Shown here piece after piece: positions 1 through 12,295 of a DNA stretch of 64,000 bases. The stretch is from Flaccisagitta enflata (lineage: Eukaryota): positions 30,876,001 through 30,940,000 of the forward strand of contig OZ231126.1 in assembly GCA_965153355.1 (NCBI GenBank), given 5' to 3'. The translations under genes were made by a program, and so were the position numbers. Numbering within the stretch: position 1 is the first letter of the stretch; every line of letters begins with the position of its first letter. Under the pieces are notes generated by a model, which had not been told where the DNA came from, did not search any database, and was given only the letters and a program-made list of their open reading frames with translations.

Positions 1-30
1 ATACCTAACTATGATGAAGACATTTTATCG

Positions 31-761
31 TCATTTCCTTTTTTTCGACCACATGGAGCATTGTTCAACGGGGTTCATGGGAGACCCTCTAGGGCAATTA
101 AAGGCACGAGCAAAGTCAGGCTGCAAGGCGATGGTGCCAGAGACTCTCGGTTCCCCCGGCAAATGAGGGTCGGAGCTGAGTGTTTGTTCTAATTGGAAAG
201 ACGTAGTCTTATCACACCAGGCTTGGGCAAAAGCCACGTAAAAGAGTTGTTGAGAGGTGAAGCGTTCGAATCCCGGCAATGGCTCTTCTTTGCCAATGAT
301 CGAGGAGAAAGAGGAGGAAGAAGTAGTTTTGATTCGAGATCTTTCGTAGGCCAATTTGGCCAACTTGAGTCCGCCGGCGTCGGCGACGTTTTCACCCAAA
401 CTCAGTAGCGGGTTTACGGCTTTTCCGCCGGCCGTAAATTTTTGATAATGTTTGACGTAACATTGACTTTTTCGTTCGTAATGCATCGCGGACGTGTTGC
501 TCCACCAGTTGACCATGTTACCTTCGGCGTCGAATTGCATGCCCGACCGATCGAAGCCGTGGGTTATTTCGTGGCCGATAATGGCGCCGATCGCGCCGTA
601 GTTCATGTAAGACGGCGACTCGATGTCGAAGAGCGGCGTTTCGAAGACGCCGGCTGGGAACTCGATGCTGTTCTTGGCCAGGTCGTTGAAGGCGTTGACG
701 ACGGCCGCGTTGATGTTGTGCCACTCTTCACGCTCGGTCGTGTCGCCGAGGAAACGCGAGG
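31..761 (-). CDS. M13 peptidase exon 7 (catalytic domain, stop codon)
   Basis: attcAG acceptor at 762-763; VNAFN, EFPAG, HEITH (HExxH), ENVAD (third Zn ligand), DPH..R, C-terminal CSMW, TGA at 31-33. Joined CDS is 34+234+182+272+406+328+731=2187 nt. Confidence 0.97.
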
Positions 762-1454
762 CTGAATTAGAAATGGGGGGGGGGAGGAAGAAGATGTGGT
801 ATTATTGTAGGGAAAAAGAGGAGGTGGTGGAGAAATCGGTGGTGAAGGCAGATGAAGAGGCAGTGGAGGAAGAGGAAGAGGCAGTTACAATATTCGTAGG
901 GAGGCAGAAGGAAATGGCGGAGGTAGAGTGGAATTAGGAGAAGGAGAAGGAAAATGAGGTGGCAGTAAAGTTCAAGAAAGAAGGAGGGGGGGAATTTTGG
1001 GAGGAATATGGGATGGAACAAGAACTAGGGGTGGAAAACATCTAAAAAGAACTTTGTGACCGACCGACTGAACAACTGACGCGTTGGACGAACGGATCAA
1101 CCGACTAACTTAATGGATGGACGGACCGACCGAAAAGCGGCTTGCAGAAAGGAAGAGGGGAAAAAATTACTTCCAATCACATAAGAGTTTTGAACCGAAT
1201 AATTACTATTAGAGAAATTTCTGGATGAACTTTGGAGAAGTGACTTGTCGTTTTAAAGTATAATGATTGATGGAGAAAAATAACAGACAACGCCTGATTA
1301 CAGGCTTTTCTCATACCGCTCGCGCTGTATAGTGTATCCTCTGCACATGAAGCATTTCTAGTCGAGTCTTCGCGACTGTATAATCTATAAGCCGCTTTAC
1401 AGTTGATCAGTCCGTCCGTTCCTTGGTTACAAGCGTTTAATGCTTTTAATGCTT

Positions 1455-2003
1455 TTTTAGTCGCGTGCACGCGACTCTACACCTTGCCGTGTCGGTCGGT
1501 ACGTCGGTACGTCGGTACGTCGGTAGGTCACGTTTTTAAAATTATGAATTTTTATGTTTTTTTAAGGTATTTTTAGGTACTCTAGGGTATTTCAGGGTAC
1601 TTTAGGGTACTTCAGGGTACTTTAGGGTATTTTAGTTATTCTAGGTACTTAAGGTATTTAAGGGTACTTTCACATATCTTTGGGTACTTTTTGGTATTTT
1701 TGAGTATTCTTGAGTATTTATAGGTATATTTAGGTGTTTTTGGGTATTTTTGGGTATCATTGGGTATTTTTGGGTATTTTGGGTATTTTGTCAACTTTTT
1801 GTTGGGCACTCGTTATTGGTTCAGAATGTAAATTTTTTTTGGGACAGACGTTATGTAGTATGAAGTTGTAGTATGAAGTTATGTAGTATGAAGTTGTATG
1901 TATTTATATAGTATGAAGTTATGTAGTATGAAGTTGTGTAATATGAAGTTGTGTAATTGTGTTGTAACTTAGCACGCGACTGTTGGCCTGTTGGGCTTGT
2001 TTT
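1455..2003 (+). mobile_element. HINE/DINE-1-like family A with internal 10-bp and 13-bp minisatellites
   Basis: T-run, AGTCGCGTGCACGCGACT palindrome, GTCG/GTAC repeats, (GGGTATTTTT)n, (GTAGTATGAAGTT)n, 3' CACGCGACT, hairpin, CTTGTT. Confidence 0.7.
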
Positions 2004-2331
2004 ACTTTTAATGCTTACCGTCCCTGCCCACGCAAGCGACTAGCAAGTTGCGTATTGATGATATGCCAATTTGAGTTTCAAATATAAATAAATAAACAAT
2101 CCGTTAAACAACCGACAGATCGACTTCGAACATTCTTTTTTTCAATGAAAGATGCCTCTATAGAATTAGATCTAGCGTTAAGAGAACTAAACCAACTTTT
2201 CAAATATGCCCAAGTGAACGCTTTCTCTTATAATGAGAATTCTAATCATCGAACAAGCTCAAATGTAATTGGTAAATAATGGCCCGATACACACAGATAA
2301 TCTGTATTCAAACTTTTTAAAAGAAACGCAC

Positions 2332-2423
<92 letters not shown>

Positions 2424-2542
2424 TCTCTCTCTCTCACACTCTCTCTCTCTCACACTTTCTCTCTCTCTCACACTTTCTCTCTCTCTCACACTTTCTCTCT
2501 CTCTCACACTTTCTCTCTCTCTCACACTTTCTCTCTCTCTCA

Positions 2543-2626
<84 letters not shown>

Positions 2627-2630
<4 letters not shown>

Positions 2631-2995
2631 CATGGTTAAAAAGGTGCCACCTTAGCCCGCATGAGGAAAGCTATATTTGTGGTGCTCAGGAACTAGCACT
2701 GATAACCAAGTTTCATGAGAAACATACACTAAAGAACGGTGATGATGACAAATGTCGCATCTGCAAGAAAGATCAAGAAACTGTTATTCATATACTTGGT
2801 GCTTGTGATGTGTTGGCCAAAAGGGAATATTTCATGAGGCACAACAATATACCTATTGTTATCGTTGGATTCGGTACCGTCACAAAAAACCTGCACAACG
2901 GACTGACAAAAATACCCGGATGTCCCGACCAATTTATGCGCCAAAAGATTTGCCTCCTTGGATTGAAAAGAATTTTACAAGATGTCTTAAGATGA
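2627..2995 (+). mobile_element. 5'-truncated, internally deleted RLE-type non-LTR retrotransposon (R4/Dong-like) C-terminus
   Basis: WL....L....E..I..AQ..AL.T; CRICKKDQETVIHILGAC..LA...Y..RHN (CCHC + RHN); terminal IPIVIVGFG...QKICLLGLKRIL; PD..D endonuclease core missing. Confidence 0.8.
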
Positions 2996-3118
2996 AGATA
3001 AAGAGCAAGACCAAAGATACTTTTTCCAAACATTAATCTCCTATGAGAACAAGCGTTTCTCCGGAGAAATGAACAATGAACCCAGAAATGCGCTTCTGGA
3101 GATGATCCTTGAATCATG

Positions 3119-3327
3119 TTTTTAGTCGCGTGCTACGTTACTCTACACCCCGCTTTGTCGGTCCGTCCGTTGGTCCGTCCGTTGATCCGTCGGTCCGTCC
3201 GTCACACTTTACTTTTTTTTTGGGTTTTCGCGGTCTTTGGCCTCACTGCTCCTGCCCAAATGATCAAGTGACCTCAAATACAGCTCCTGCCCACCGACAC
3301 GCGACTGGGGTAGCCGTGTATCCGGCC

Positions 3328-3333
<6 letters not shown>
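3119..3333 (+). mobile_element. HINE/DINE-1-like family A
   Basis: TTTAGTCGCGTG...(GTCC)n...CACGCGACT...GCCGTGTATCCGGCCTTGTTT. Confidence 0.72.
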
Positions 3334-3374
<41 letters not shown>

Positions 3375-3407
3375 ACTCACTCACTCACTCACTCACTCAC
3401 TCACTCA

Positions 3408-3456
<49 letters not shown>

Positions 3457-3994
3457 CAATAAGTACGTCATGATTAATTTTAGGCCATTTAACAACCGTT
3501 TCCAAATTCTGAATTTGTTTTTCAAAGTTTCGAGTTATGTTCATTTTCAGTAAGTCCATCACTGTCAGACACTCACTTAACCTATTGTTTTTTTGGGTTT
3601 TTTTTTCATTATCAAATTGGTTCATCATTTTTTTTTCGTGGTTTTTTTCCGAAAAAAAGCCGAGATGACGTCAGTTGTCCATTTAAGCTCCTGTTGAGAC
3701 AATAGCTGAATAAAAGCAGTCTAGACCAACGGACTAACACACTAACGGACGAGGCGCAACTTTGGATGCGAGAAGACAAGGCTGCCTCAAACGATTTAAA
3801 AAAAGCGTGAGGGACGGATGGACGGACATAACCGATACAAGTGGACACCCCCCCCAAAGAAATATACAGTGTCCAAATCAATTAGTGAAACTAATTCTTC
3901 AACCAATCAAAAAAAAAAACCGTACCCTTCTTTCATCAAAATCAACGACAACGGTAAGTCATGTCAATGACAACATCAACGACAAGAGGGTGAT

Positions 3995-4355
3995 TCACTT
4001 TCAGACCTTCCTTGAAATGAAACTGTGACAAGTGAAGTTGATCCAGTTTTTCAAATTGGTGACAAGAACAACAACAAAAACATCAACAACACATCGTACA
4101 TTCTTTAAAATAGAACTGCGACCAGTTGATCCAGCTTTGAAAGATGGTAACAACAACAACAACAACACCACATCGTACCTTCTTTAAAATAAAACTGCAA
4201 CCAGTTGATCCAGCTTTGGAAGGTGGTGTCAACAACAACAAACAACAACACATCGCACCTTCTTTAAAGTAAAACTGTTACCAGTTGATCCAGCTTTGAA
4301 AGATGGTGTCAAAAACAACAACAACAACAACAACAACAACAATAACAATAACAAT

Positions 4356-4393
<38 letters not shown>

Positions 4394-4455
4394 CGCATCG
4401 TACCTTCTTTAAAGTAAAACTGCGACCAGTTGATCCAGCTTTGGAAGATGGTGTC
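3995..4455 (-). repeat. Tandem copies of the exon 6 3' end, donor site and (AAC)n
   Basis: Unit CATCGTACCTTCTTTAAA..AAACTG..ACCAGTTGATCCAGCTTTG.AAGATGGT at about 4092, 4171, 4251 and 4396 (true exon); degenerate copy near 4000. Confidence 0.9.
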
Positions 4456-4731
4456 GTCGTCATCGACTCTGAACCCGGCCACGGATTCGTCCATCACGGA
4501 GACATTCATCAGCTGTTCCGGGTATCCCATTTTGGTCAACATTTGACGCGCTTTGTTGACGGCTTTTTCCTTCGTCTCGTCGCTCATCCAAGCCAGTCGC
4601 TGAATTTGCTCCATGAGAATGTTTTTGATGTTCTCGATCATCACTTCGACGGCGTGTTTGGCGTCCGGAGAGAAGTGCTCCTCGACGTACAAGGCACCCG
4701 TCGACGCCGGCATCATCTCGGTTGTAACCAA
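4404..4731 (-). CDS. M13 peptidase exon 6
   Basis: acacAG acceptor, G|GTACG donor; 'GALYVEEHF...WMSDETKEKAVNKARQM..KMGYP' is a canonical M13 segment; phases 0/1. Confidence 0.95.
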
Positions 4732-4806
4732 CTGTGTCATAAATTTAAAATCAGTGGTTAATAGTTAAGTTAATATTTGTTTCGAGTGTTTAGTCGCGTG
4801 CTACGC

Positions 4807-5286
4807 TTGGGTGCTTCACATAGCATAAGTTGCTTATTTCTTTTCATCCTTTTGACCTAATGTGGAGTGGCCAATTTTAGGGCTCTTACCATTTTTCTTT
4901 TATCAAAAATCGTTTATCTTCCGTTTTCTAGAAAATTGTTTTTGAGAGCCTAATTTGTATATTGCAGTAGGGGAAAAAAATATGCTGATCTTTTTTGAAT
5001 TAGCTTTTACAAATTTTTGCTCTTTAAAGAATTGTTAATTTGCCTTTTCACAATCACTTTCGTAACTTATGCTGTGATATTTTAATCTATTTCTATAAAA
5101 ATCATGATTTTCTAAAGCTAACAATTGTTCCTTTTGTAACAAGACTGCACAGGATTTTGCTGAGGAAACTTTAAGGTCAAAACAAAAACGGAAGATGAAG
5201 GAATTTTGGAAAAAAGAATACAGTCATCCATATTGGGTTAGCGGGACGAGAAGAAAATCAAATTTTTTGCTATGCGAAGCCCCCAA
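4807..5286. mobile_element. MITE with 9-bp TSD (Mutator/Merlin-like) inside a family A HINE (4788-5474)
   Basis: TIR TTGGG(T/G)GCTTC(A/G)CATAGCA; TSD GTGCTACGC at 4798-4806 and 5287-5295. Confidence 0.8.
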
Positions 5287-6516
5287 GTGCTACGCCACTC
5301 TACACCCCACTATGTCGGTCAGTCGGTTGGTTGGTCGGTTGATCCCCTTTTTACTTTTTCGGCGTTTTTGCGCTTTTTGAGCATACGGCTCCTGCCCAGA
5401 TGCCCTAGCGACATAATCCAGCACTGCTCCTGCCCACCCGCACGCGACTAGGGTTGCCGTGTATCCGGCCTTGTTAAAACGCGAATGGCCCCCACATACT
5501 TTTTGCATCATTATTAAGACAATAATAAAACTGTAATGCTTTCAGTGGACGAATTGTTTCTAAAAGGACACTTGGTGCATATATTTTTATCATTCTCTGA
5601 CTTAAAATGTGATTTAAACTATGCAATTCACATGAAAACAAAAAGGAGAATGATATTTTTTAGTGAGTTTCTGCTTACACTTTTTTTTTCATTTTCTAAA
5701 GTCAAAATTCTAAAAAAGCCAAACACAGAAATTTTGAAAACATAGTTCTCTTTGTAATCGATTTGAGAGGAGAACTATGTTATTTGTTTTTTCATTTCCT
5801 TTGCAAATTTATAATTTCGATCAGCCTAGCCCGCTGTCAGTGACCAAAAACAAAAAAAGCAATTGTCAATAATTTTTTTTAGTAGCATTGGCTAAACTTG
5901 ATCCTCTGGCTAAATAAGCGCAAATTTGTCTTTTAGATATCAAGTCTGAGCCGTCTCAATCACTTTTATTCACTGGCTTGCATTTTCTTGCATTTTCAGT
6001 TTATACATTTTTTCCATTTCGATCTTCTTTGAAAAACACAATTGTCGCCTTCGGAGGGAAGCCGCCATACATAAATTTTTCTATAGATCAAGCAGAGATT
6101 GCCAAAGATCTCTAAATCAATCTATGCCATGATAAACGAAGCCATCCAAATCCCTGCTGCAAATCGTTCAAACATAAATAATTCAGTTAAAAGCAAGAAA
6201 AAAAAATAGGAACTTTCCATCAACCAATTCCGTGTAAACATGAGAAGTGTCTCGGCGCCTACACGCTTTAAAACCCAATTTCCCAAATATTATCATAAAA
6301 CGTAAAACCATTTATGGACGGTTGATTGGATTGCCAGAAAAAGCAATGACAAAAGAAAACAAAATAATCGTCGCAAAAAACAAAACCTTGATTTCCTATC
6401 CCTTCATCTGTATCTATCGTCTGAATGTCGGCCTGTGTCAGTCAGTCAGTCCGTCTGTCTCTCTGTGGTAGAAAATGTGGGCCATTACATTACTTCAAAA
6501 AATTTCTTGTTGAGTG

Positions 6517-6907
6517 CAGACGGGACCCAAATAAGAGCGGAGGAGGGACCCAAAGTTTTACATGCCCCCCCTACAGCTCACATAGTTCAATCAATTGCCT
6601 CACTTGCAGTGGCGGTTGACACTTTAGGTGAATACAAATTGTGCCACCTTGGCGATTTTTCAATTTCCACCTTGAACCCCCCAAACCACTCCAAAAGCTC
6701 GGAAAATTGAATATTTTTTTTTCTCAAATTTTGATCCAAATTTGGCCCTTTGAGGTGGAAATTGAAAAATCGCCATGGTGACGCCAATTGTATCCACCTA
6801 AGGTGTCAACTGCCACTGCAAATGAGAAAATTAATTGAACCATGTGAACTGTAGAGGGGGCATGTAACAATTGTGTCCCTCCTCCGCTCTTATTAGGGTC
6901 CCTTCTG
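6517..6907. mobile_element. Palindromic Tc1/mariner-type MITE
   Basis: About 165-bp imperfect TIRs starting CAGA.GGGACCC; TA on the right, TG on the left. Confidence 0.75.
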
Positions 6908-6976
6908 TACGTATGTATGTATCTGTCTGTCCGCCTAAACAATCAAAAAAACGTCTACACTGAACCAAAGTCTCAC

Positions 6977-7382
6977 CTGCACGCAGTATTCTCGATATTT
7001 CTCTTTGGAGATCATCTCGTAAGGAAACGACCCGGGCAGAATATACGCGAGTTTATTAATCATCTGCAAAATGAGATAACTCTGGACTTCCGTTTGATCG
7101 ACGGTTTTCAGCAGACGATTCAGACGACGGAAGTATTCGATGTCCGTCACGATGACGTCGTAATTCGCGTCCACTTTATAACCCGCCGTCGTAAACAATC
7201 GCATCAAATCCACGCTGTCGAATTCGCGGCATAAACTGCCCAAGTTTCGTTTGCCGTAAAGCGCCGTTAAATTGAGTCTGGATTCGTCGTCTTGGCCTTT
7301 CGAGAATTCGGCCAATTTCTGCTCGAAGCTGATGGCTTTCACCGCGAATTTATCGGCGTCCGCGGTGCTCATGTCCAGATAA
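6977..7382 (-). CDS. M13 peptidase exon 5
   Basis: tttccacAG acceptor, CAG|GTGAGA donor; 'ISFEQKLAE', 'VIVTDIEYFRRL', 'REYCV'; phases 2/0. Confidence 0.9.
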
Positions 7383-8568
7383 CTGTGGAAATACAGATGA
7401 AACAATAATCAAGAATAGCAGCCCAAAGGCAGTAAGTGGTCAGCGGTACCCGTGCCCTGCTTAAGTAGTATGTGATTTAGGTTGAGGGGGAGCAGGGCAG
7501 CGGCCCCGAAGGGGACAAAGTCCTGTAGAACACAGGGGGAATCTGTCCGTCCATCCATCCTTCTGTATGCCTTCCTTCTGTCCAAGATGCCCGGCTTTTC
7601 AAATTCTCATTGAATAACATGGAGAAATGACAAAAAGCAGTATATGGACAACAGTACCCGTGCCCTTCTTAGGAAGTTTGTAGGTTAAGTTGGGGGGGAG
7701 CAAGCCAGGATCTTAGTCTCCAAGGCCAGTATTTGGTCTCAGAGACTAATTTCTTGGTCTCAGAGGCCGGGAGTTGAGTCTCTGAGACAAGCCCGGGCGA
7801 TTCGTATTGGGTATTGTATCGGTTTTACAATACTGAAAGGTATTGGGTTTACCCAATACTACCAATCAATTTTGTAAAAAATACAATACAATACAATATG
7901 ATACAATACACTACAATTTTTTTAAAAATTTTTATGTTAGTATGGTATATGAACTCATGATAATAAAAGATGAAAAAAAGAGTATTTTTGATAAAAAAAA
8001 CTTATTAAATGCATGGTCATTTATATCAATATTTCAGTTTTAAAAAAAAAATTTCGGATTCCCTTTTGAAATATCAATCAGTCATGCATACATATCTTCA
8101 AAAAACATTGATAACCCTATATTGATATTTATTCAATTATCATACTAATTCTGAGAAAAAAAATGAAATATTGGTATTGGTATTGGTCAATATTTTGTCA
8201 AATCGCAAAACCCTAGAAAAAAAATTGTTGACTCTTTACGAACATTCAGTCAAACCCAACAAAACTAGAACCTGAAAACATTGAAAGAAGGATTTGATTT
8301 AAAACAAGGCTGTATACACTCCCCCTCAGTCGCGAAAGGATGGGCAGGAGCGGAATAGCAAAAAAAATGCTCATTCTCGATTCTAAATGTTATACATATT
8401 TTGTTTAGGTTACCGACAGACAGACCAACCGACCTACCGACACGGCAAGGTCTAGAGTCGCGAGTCCGCGACTACATATACCTTTTCCTTTCACAACCAG
8501 ACAGTTATCATCTGTCTCATATGGTCCAGTACTTATGCGAATTGATTTTCTCGGTTAGTAAAGAGGAA

Positions 8569-8690
8569 AAACAAGGCCAAGTAGGCCAATAAGGTGCGAC
8601 GTGTGGATCGTCGAACGAATGCGTTACCCGACCAACCGACCAACCAACAGACGGACACAGCCAGTTATAGAGGTGCTTTGTCGCACCTAA
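8569..8690 (-). mobile_element. HINE-like family D (second copy at about 51933-52067, +)
   Basis: AGGTGC-GACAAA-GCACCT palindrome, GGTY repeats, GGCC-TACTT-GGCC hairpin, TTGTT. Confidence 0.65.
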
Positions 8691-8746
8691 CAAGAGAGAT
8701 AGAGAAAGAGAGAAAACCATGTGACGCAAAAATGATAATCGGCGTG

Positions 8747-9485
8747 TGTCAGCGTTTGCCACGAGTCTCAGTTTCTCCAAGCAGCTGTGAGTCTTTAATA
8801 GAAGTGTTTTTCCAGAGTTCTGATGCGGAACCTTCTTTTGATCCAATCTAGAATGGAAGAGGCGCATTGAAGATTGTAGAGATCACAAAGTTCTGAATGG
8901 GAAAGAAAAAGGAGAAAGGAGAAGAGGGGGGGGCGCTAATTACGGCGGGCATTATGTTAAAAGGGGCCGGTCCATGTCAATATAAGAATGCCCTATACCT
9001 GAGGATCCGTAGAATGATGGTTTCTGGATGGGGGATGACGGAAGGGAGGATAATGCGCACAACATGGATTCAAGGAAAGTCAATTAGATATGAAAAGAGC
9101 TTGCTCGCTTATCTAGGGGAAAAAAGGAGAAATCATGATCTAAACACTGATATATACAGTAAAGGCAATGAGAGAAAAGGCACAGGAAAAATGAGTCCAC
9201 ATTTGAGTCTTGGGAAGATGGCTGAGTCCGGGGATGGATGATGGAGGAGGAGGATGAGGCCGGGGATCGAGCCAGAGGATGGCGGAGGAGGATGAGGAGG
9301 AGGATGAAGATGAGGACGGGGATTGGGCCGAGGAAGGAGGAAGAGGATGAGGACCGAGCTGGAGGAGGAGGAAGAGGACGGATGAGGAGGATGCGGCGAG
9401 GAGGAGGATGAGGAGGAGGATGATGAAGAATGGCGGAGGCGGACCTGGAGAGATATACACATGATACACGTGCTGTTTAGTGACA
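8747..9485 (-). repeat. 3' LTR (739 bp)
   Basis: Differs from the other LTR at about 2 substitutions and 1 homopolymer indel by eye; preceded on the minus strand by a short purine-rich run (AGCAGATGCAGGGGC, weak PPT). Confidence 0.93.
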
Positions 9486-11467
9486 GCCCCTGCATCTGCT
9501 AATAAGCAGATTACGTGATTTCTCGAAGGGGGGTTGTTAAGGGAAAAAATTTAGCGAGCAAGCCATGGACCGGGGGAGGGGGGGGAAGGAAGATCAGAGA
9601 AAAGACGATGTATGCATCTGGGATAAAATCCGCCGATTTTTTTCAAATGCGGTTTTTTGCATGAAAGTGAATGAGCAGCTAGTGCACTGCTATGGAAAGC
9701 TTCTAAGATGAGTGCAAACTACATAAGCCCCATCAAATCAAATTTTGATATAGCGTTAAAAAGGTGCCATCACTGATATCTTCCCCATGATTAGTAGCTT
9801 ATCCAATGATACAACTGTTGAATCATGTCCATCGTGTTTTCACAGTGACCTGGCTGTTCATGGGCAGAAAACAGAAATTTGGTCCCATCGAAAATGACCC
9901 ATCTGTTTGCTTTAAAAATTCCACATCAAAATTGGCGAAAAAGTGTTGGCGATTTTTCTTTTCTTTTCCTTGCTTTCTGTTGAAATCCATCCGTCCAGGC
10001 TCAGAAATATTAAAATCAAATTTCTTAGATTTTTTTAAGTAAAAAAAAAAAATATGTGACGTCGGAAACTTTTAACGCTGAAGTTTAAGACTGTGATCTA
10101 TCAGCATGTTATTGGCGTTATGGACAACATGTAACGAAAAAAGGCATATTAAGTAACGCAATAGAATAGATACACAAAAGCATAGACTATGTACAGAAGA
10201 ACAAACACAAAAAGTCTGGATGGTGAGGCAGGAATGCGAAGGAGGAGGAGGTGGCGAACATCGTTCCGCGAGGTCTTTTATAGAGTTCCACGGGGCGGAT
10301 GGCGCAGGGATGAGGAGGAGGGAGGAGGCGGCGAACATCGTTCCACGAGGCCTTGTTATAAAGTTCCACGGGGCGGATGGCGCGGACACGAGGATGGGAG
10401 GAGGATGGTAAATGGAGGCGAGGAACGGGGATGAGGAAGAGGACAAGGCTTTTCACCGCAGACCAGATTGGAGATGGATGACGAATCCGGAGCTGTAGTG
10501 TACGCCCGCGCACCTCGACAGTATAGGATGGAGGATGATTAGAGGTGTCCAGTGTGGAGGAATATAATGCCGGGGAATATATGTTACAAAACTGAGCACT
10601 ATGGGCGAGTCTTCCTTCCAGAGCGAAGCGAAGCAAAGCGATACATGTACGAGCAGAGGCGGATGAGGATGATGAGGATGAGGAGTTGGGGCTTTTCTTT
10701 CACCGTAATTGATGGCAGAAGGAAGGATGGTCGTGTGTCTTTGAGGATCGGGGAAGAAGTGAAGGACTTGGACAGGATGATGGAAGTCTCGGATAGGAAG
10801 ATGGGGACTTGAGTGGGAAGGCGACGGACTTGAGCTTTAAGGAACTGAAGACTTTTACGGGAGGATGGGCGATGTCGGGATGACGTGAGAGACGGATCTT
10901 TGAGGAATGGAGTTGACATGAGGGGAGGAGGGCGTTGACGGGATGATGGAAGAGGAGGAGGAGGTGGATGGCGAGGAGATAGCTTGGCTGGAGGGTGTTG
11001 ACGTTGGGGAGATGGATGCTTGGGGCCACCTACGACACTTTGGTCTGAAAGGTGTGCCCCTAGCTTATGATGGATGGTAGGGTCGGGCCGAATTCGCGGG
11101 GAGAGGGACGAGATGAAGAGGAGAGGAGGACGAGGATTTGACTACGATTCACCAAAGTAAGACGATAATTACGCCAATATTAGGCCACTGACAATATGCG
11201 TTGTGACGATGATAAATAAGGTATGTCAATGAGCAGGATGGGTGATAAAGTTGGAACCGGGATTGCGATGGGAATGGGTGAAGACACAAGAGAAAGGCAG
11301 GGCTGATGATAAGGGCGGGATGATAACTTTCGGTTTCTGCCACTAAGATCCCTGACTAGAAGATGAGGCGCCGGGAATATCTTGACGAGATAATTGGAAT
11401 GAGCTCATCTGCCGAAAGAAAAAGAGAGAGAGGGAGAGAGAGGGAGAGGAAGAGGGAGAGAGAGAGA

Positions 11468-11558
<91 letters not shown>

Positions 11559-11723
11559 AAAGATAGAGCGGAATAAAGGAGTAACAGAGGATTTTTCTTT
11601 TTCGAAGAAAGGGATGTAGATTAAACAACAGCGGAATGCGACATGGGTGAAATTGAGGACGATGGAAGAGACGTGATTACATGTGAATAGATGAAATGGC
11701 GAGGGGGCTGTGACGAGAAAGGG

Positions 11724-11899
<176 letters not shown>

Positions 11900-12188
11900 G
11901 AAAGAAAGATCAATGGGCCAGAAAGGTGAAGTTGAGATACAAATGGATAGTCCAGGGTTAAAGATGACATGTCGTTGTTGACGTCGAGGTACACCAGGAG
12001 GGGGGGGGGTTTGATGACTAGGATGAGGGTGATTGATAAATGGCGATGTCGAGATAGTCGATTTGAATTTAAGACGATTGGGCGTGGAATTGCAAACAAC
12101 GGCGGGGCTCAGGAGAGAGAGAGAGAGATGGAGAGAGAGGGAGAGAGAGAGAGAGGGAGAGGGGGAGAGAGAGAGAGAGAGGGAGAGG

Positions 12189-12234
<46 letters not shown>

Positions 12235-12295
12235 TAGAGAGAGCGAGCGAGGCAGAAAGAAGAGAAAAAGAAGAGAAAGAAGATGAGGATACAGA

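Noticed and set aside
31-48. C-terminal KKRK as an ER-retrieval signal
   Set aside because: The C-terminus of a type II membrane M13 enzyme is luminal, so dilysine retrieval would not apply.
11325-11343. Third gag-start-like sequence (GTG GCA GAA ACC GAA)
   Set aside because: Too short to distinguish from chance.
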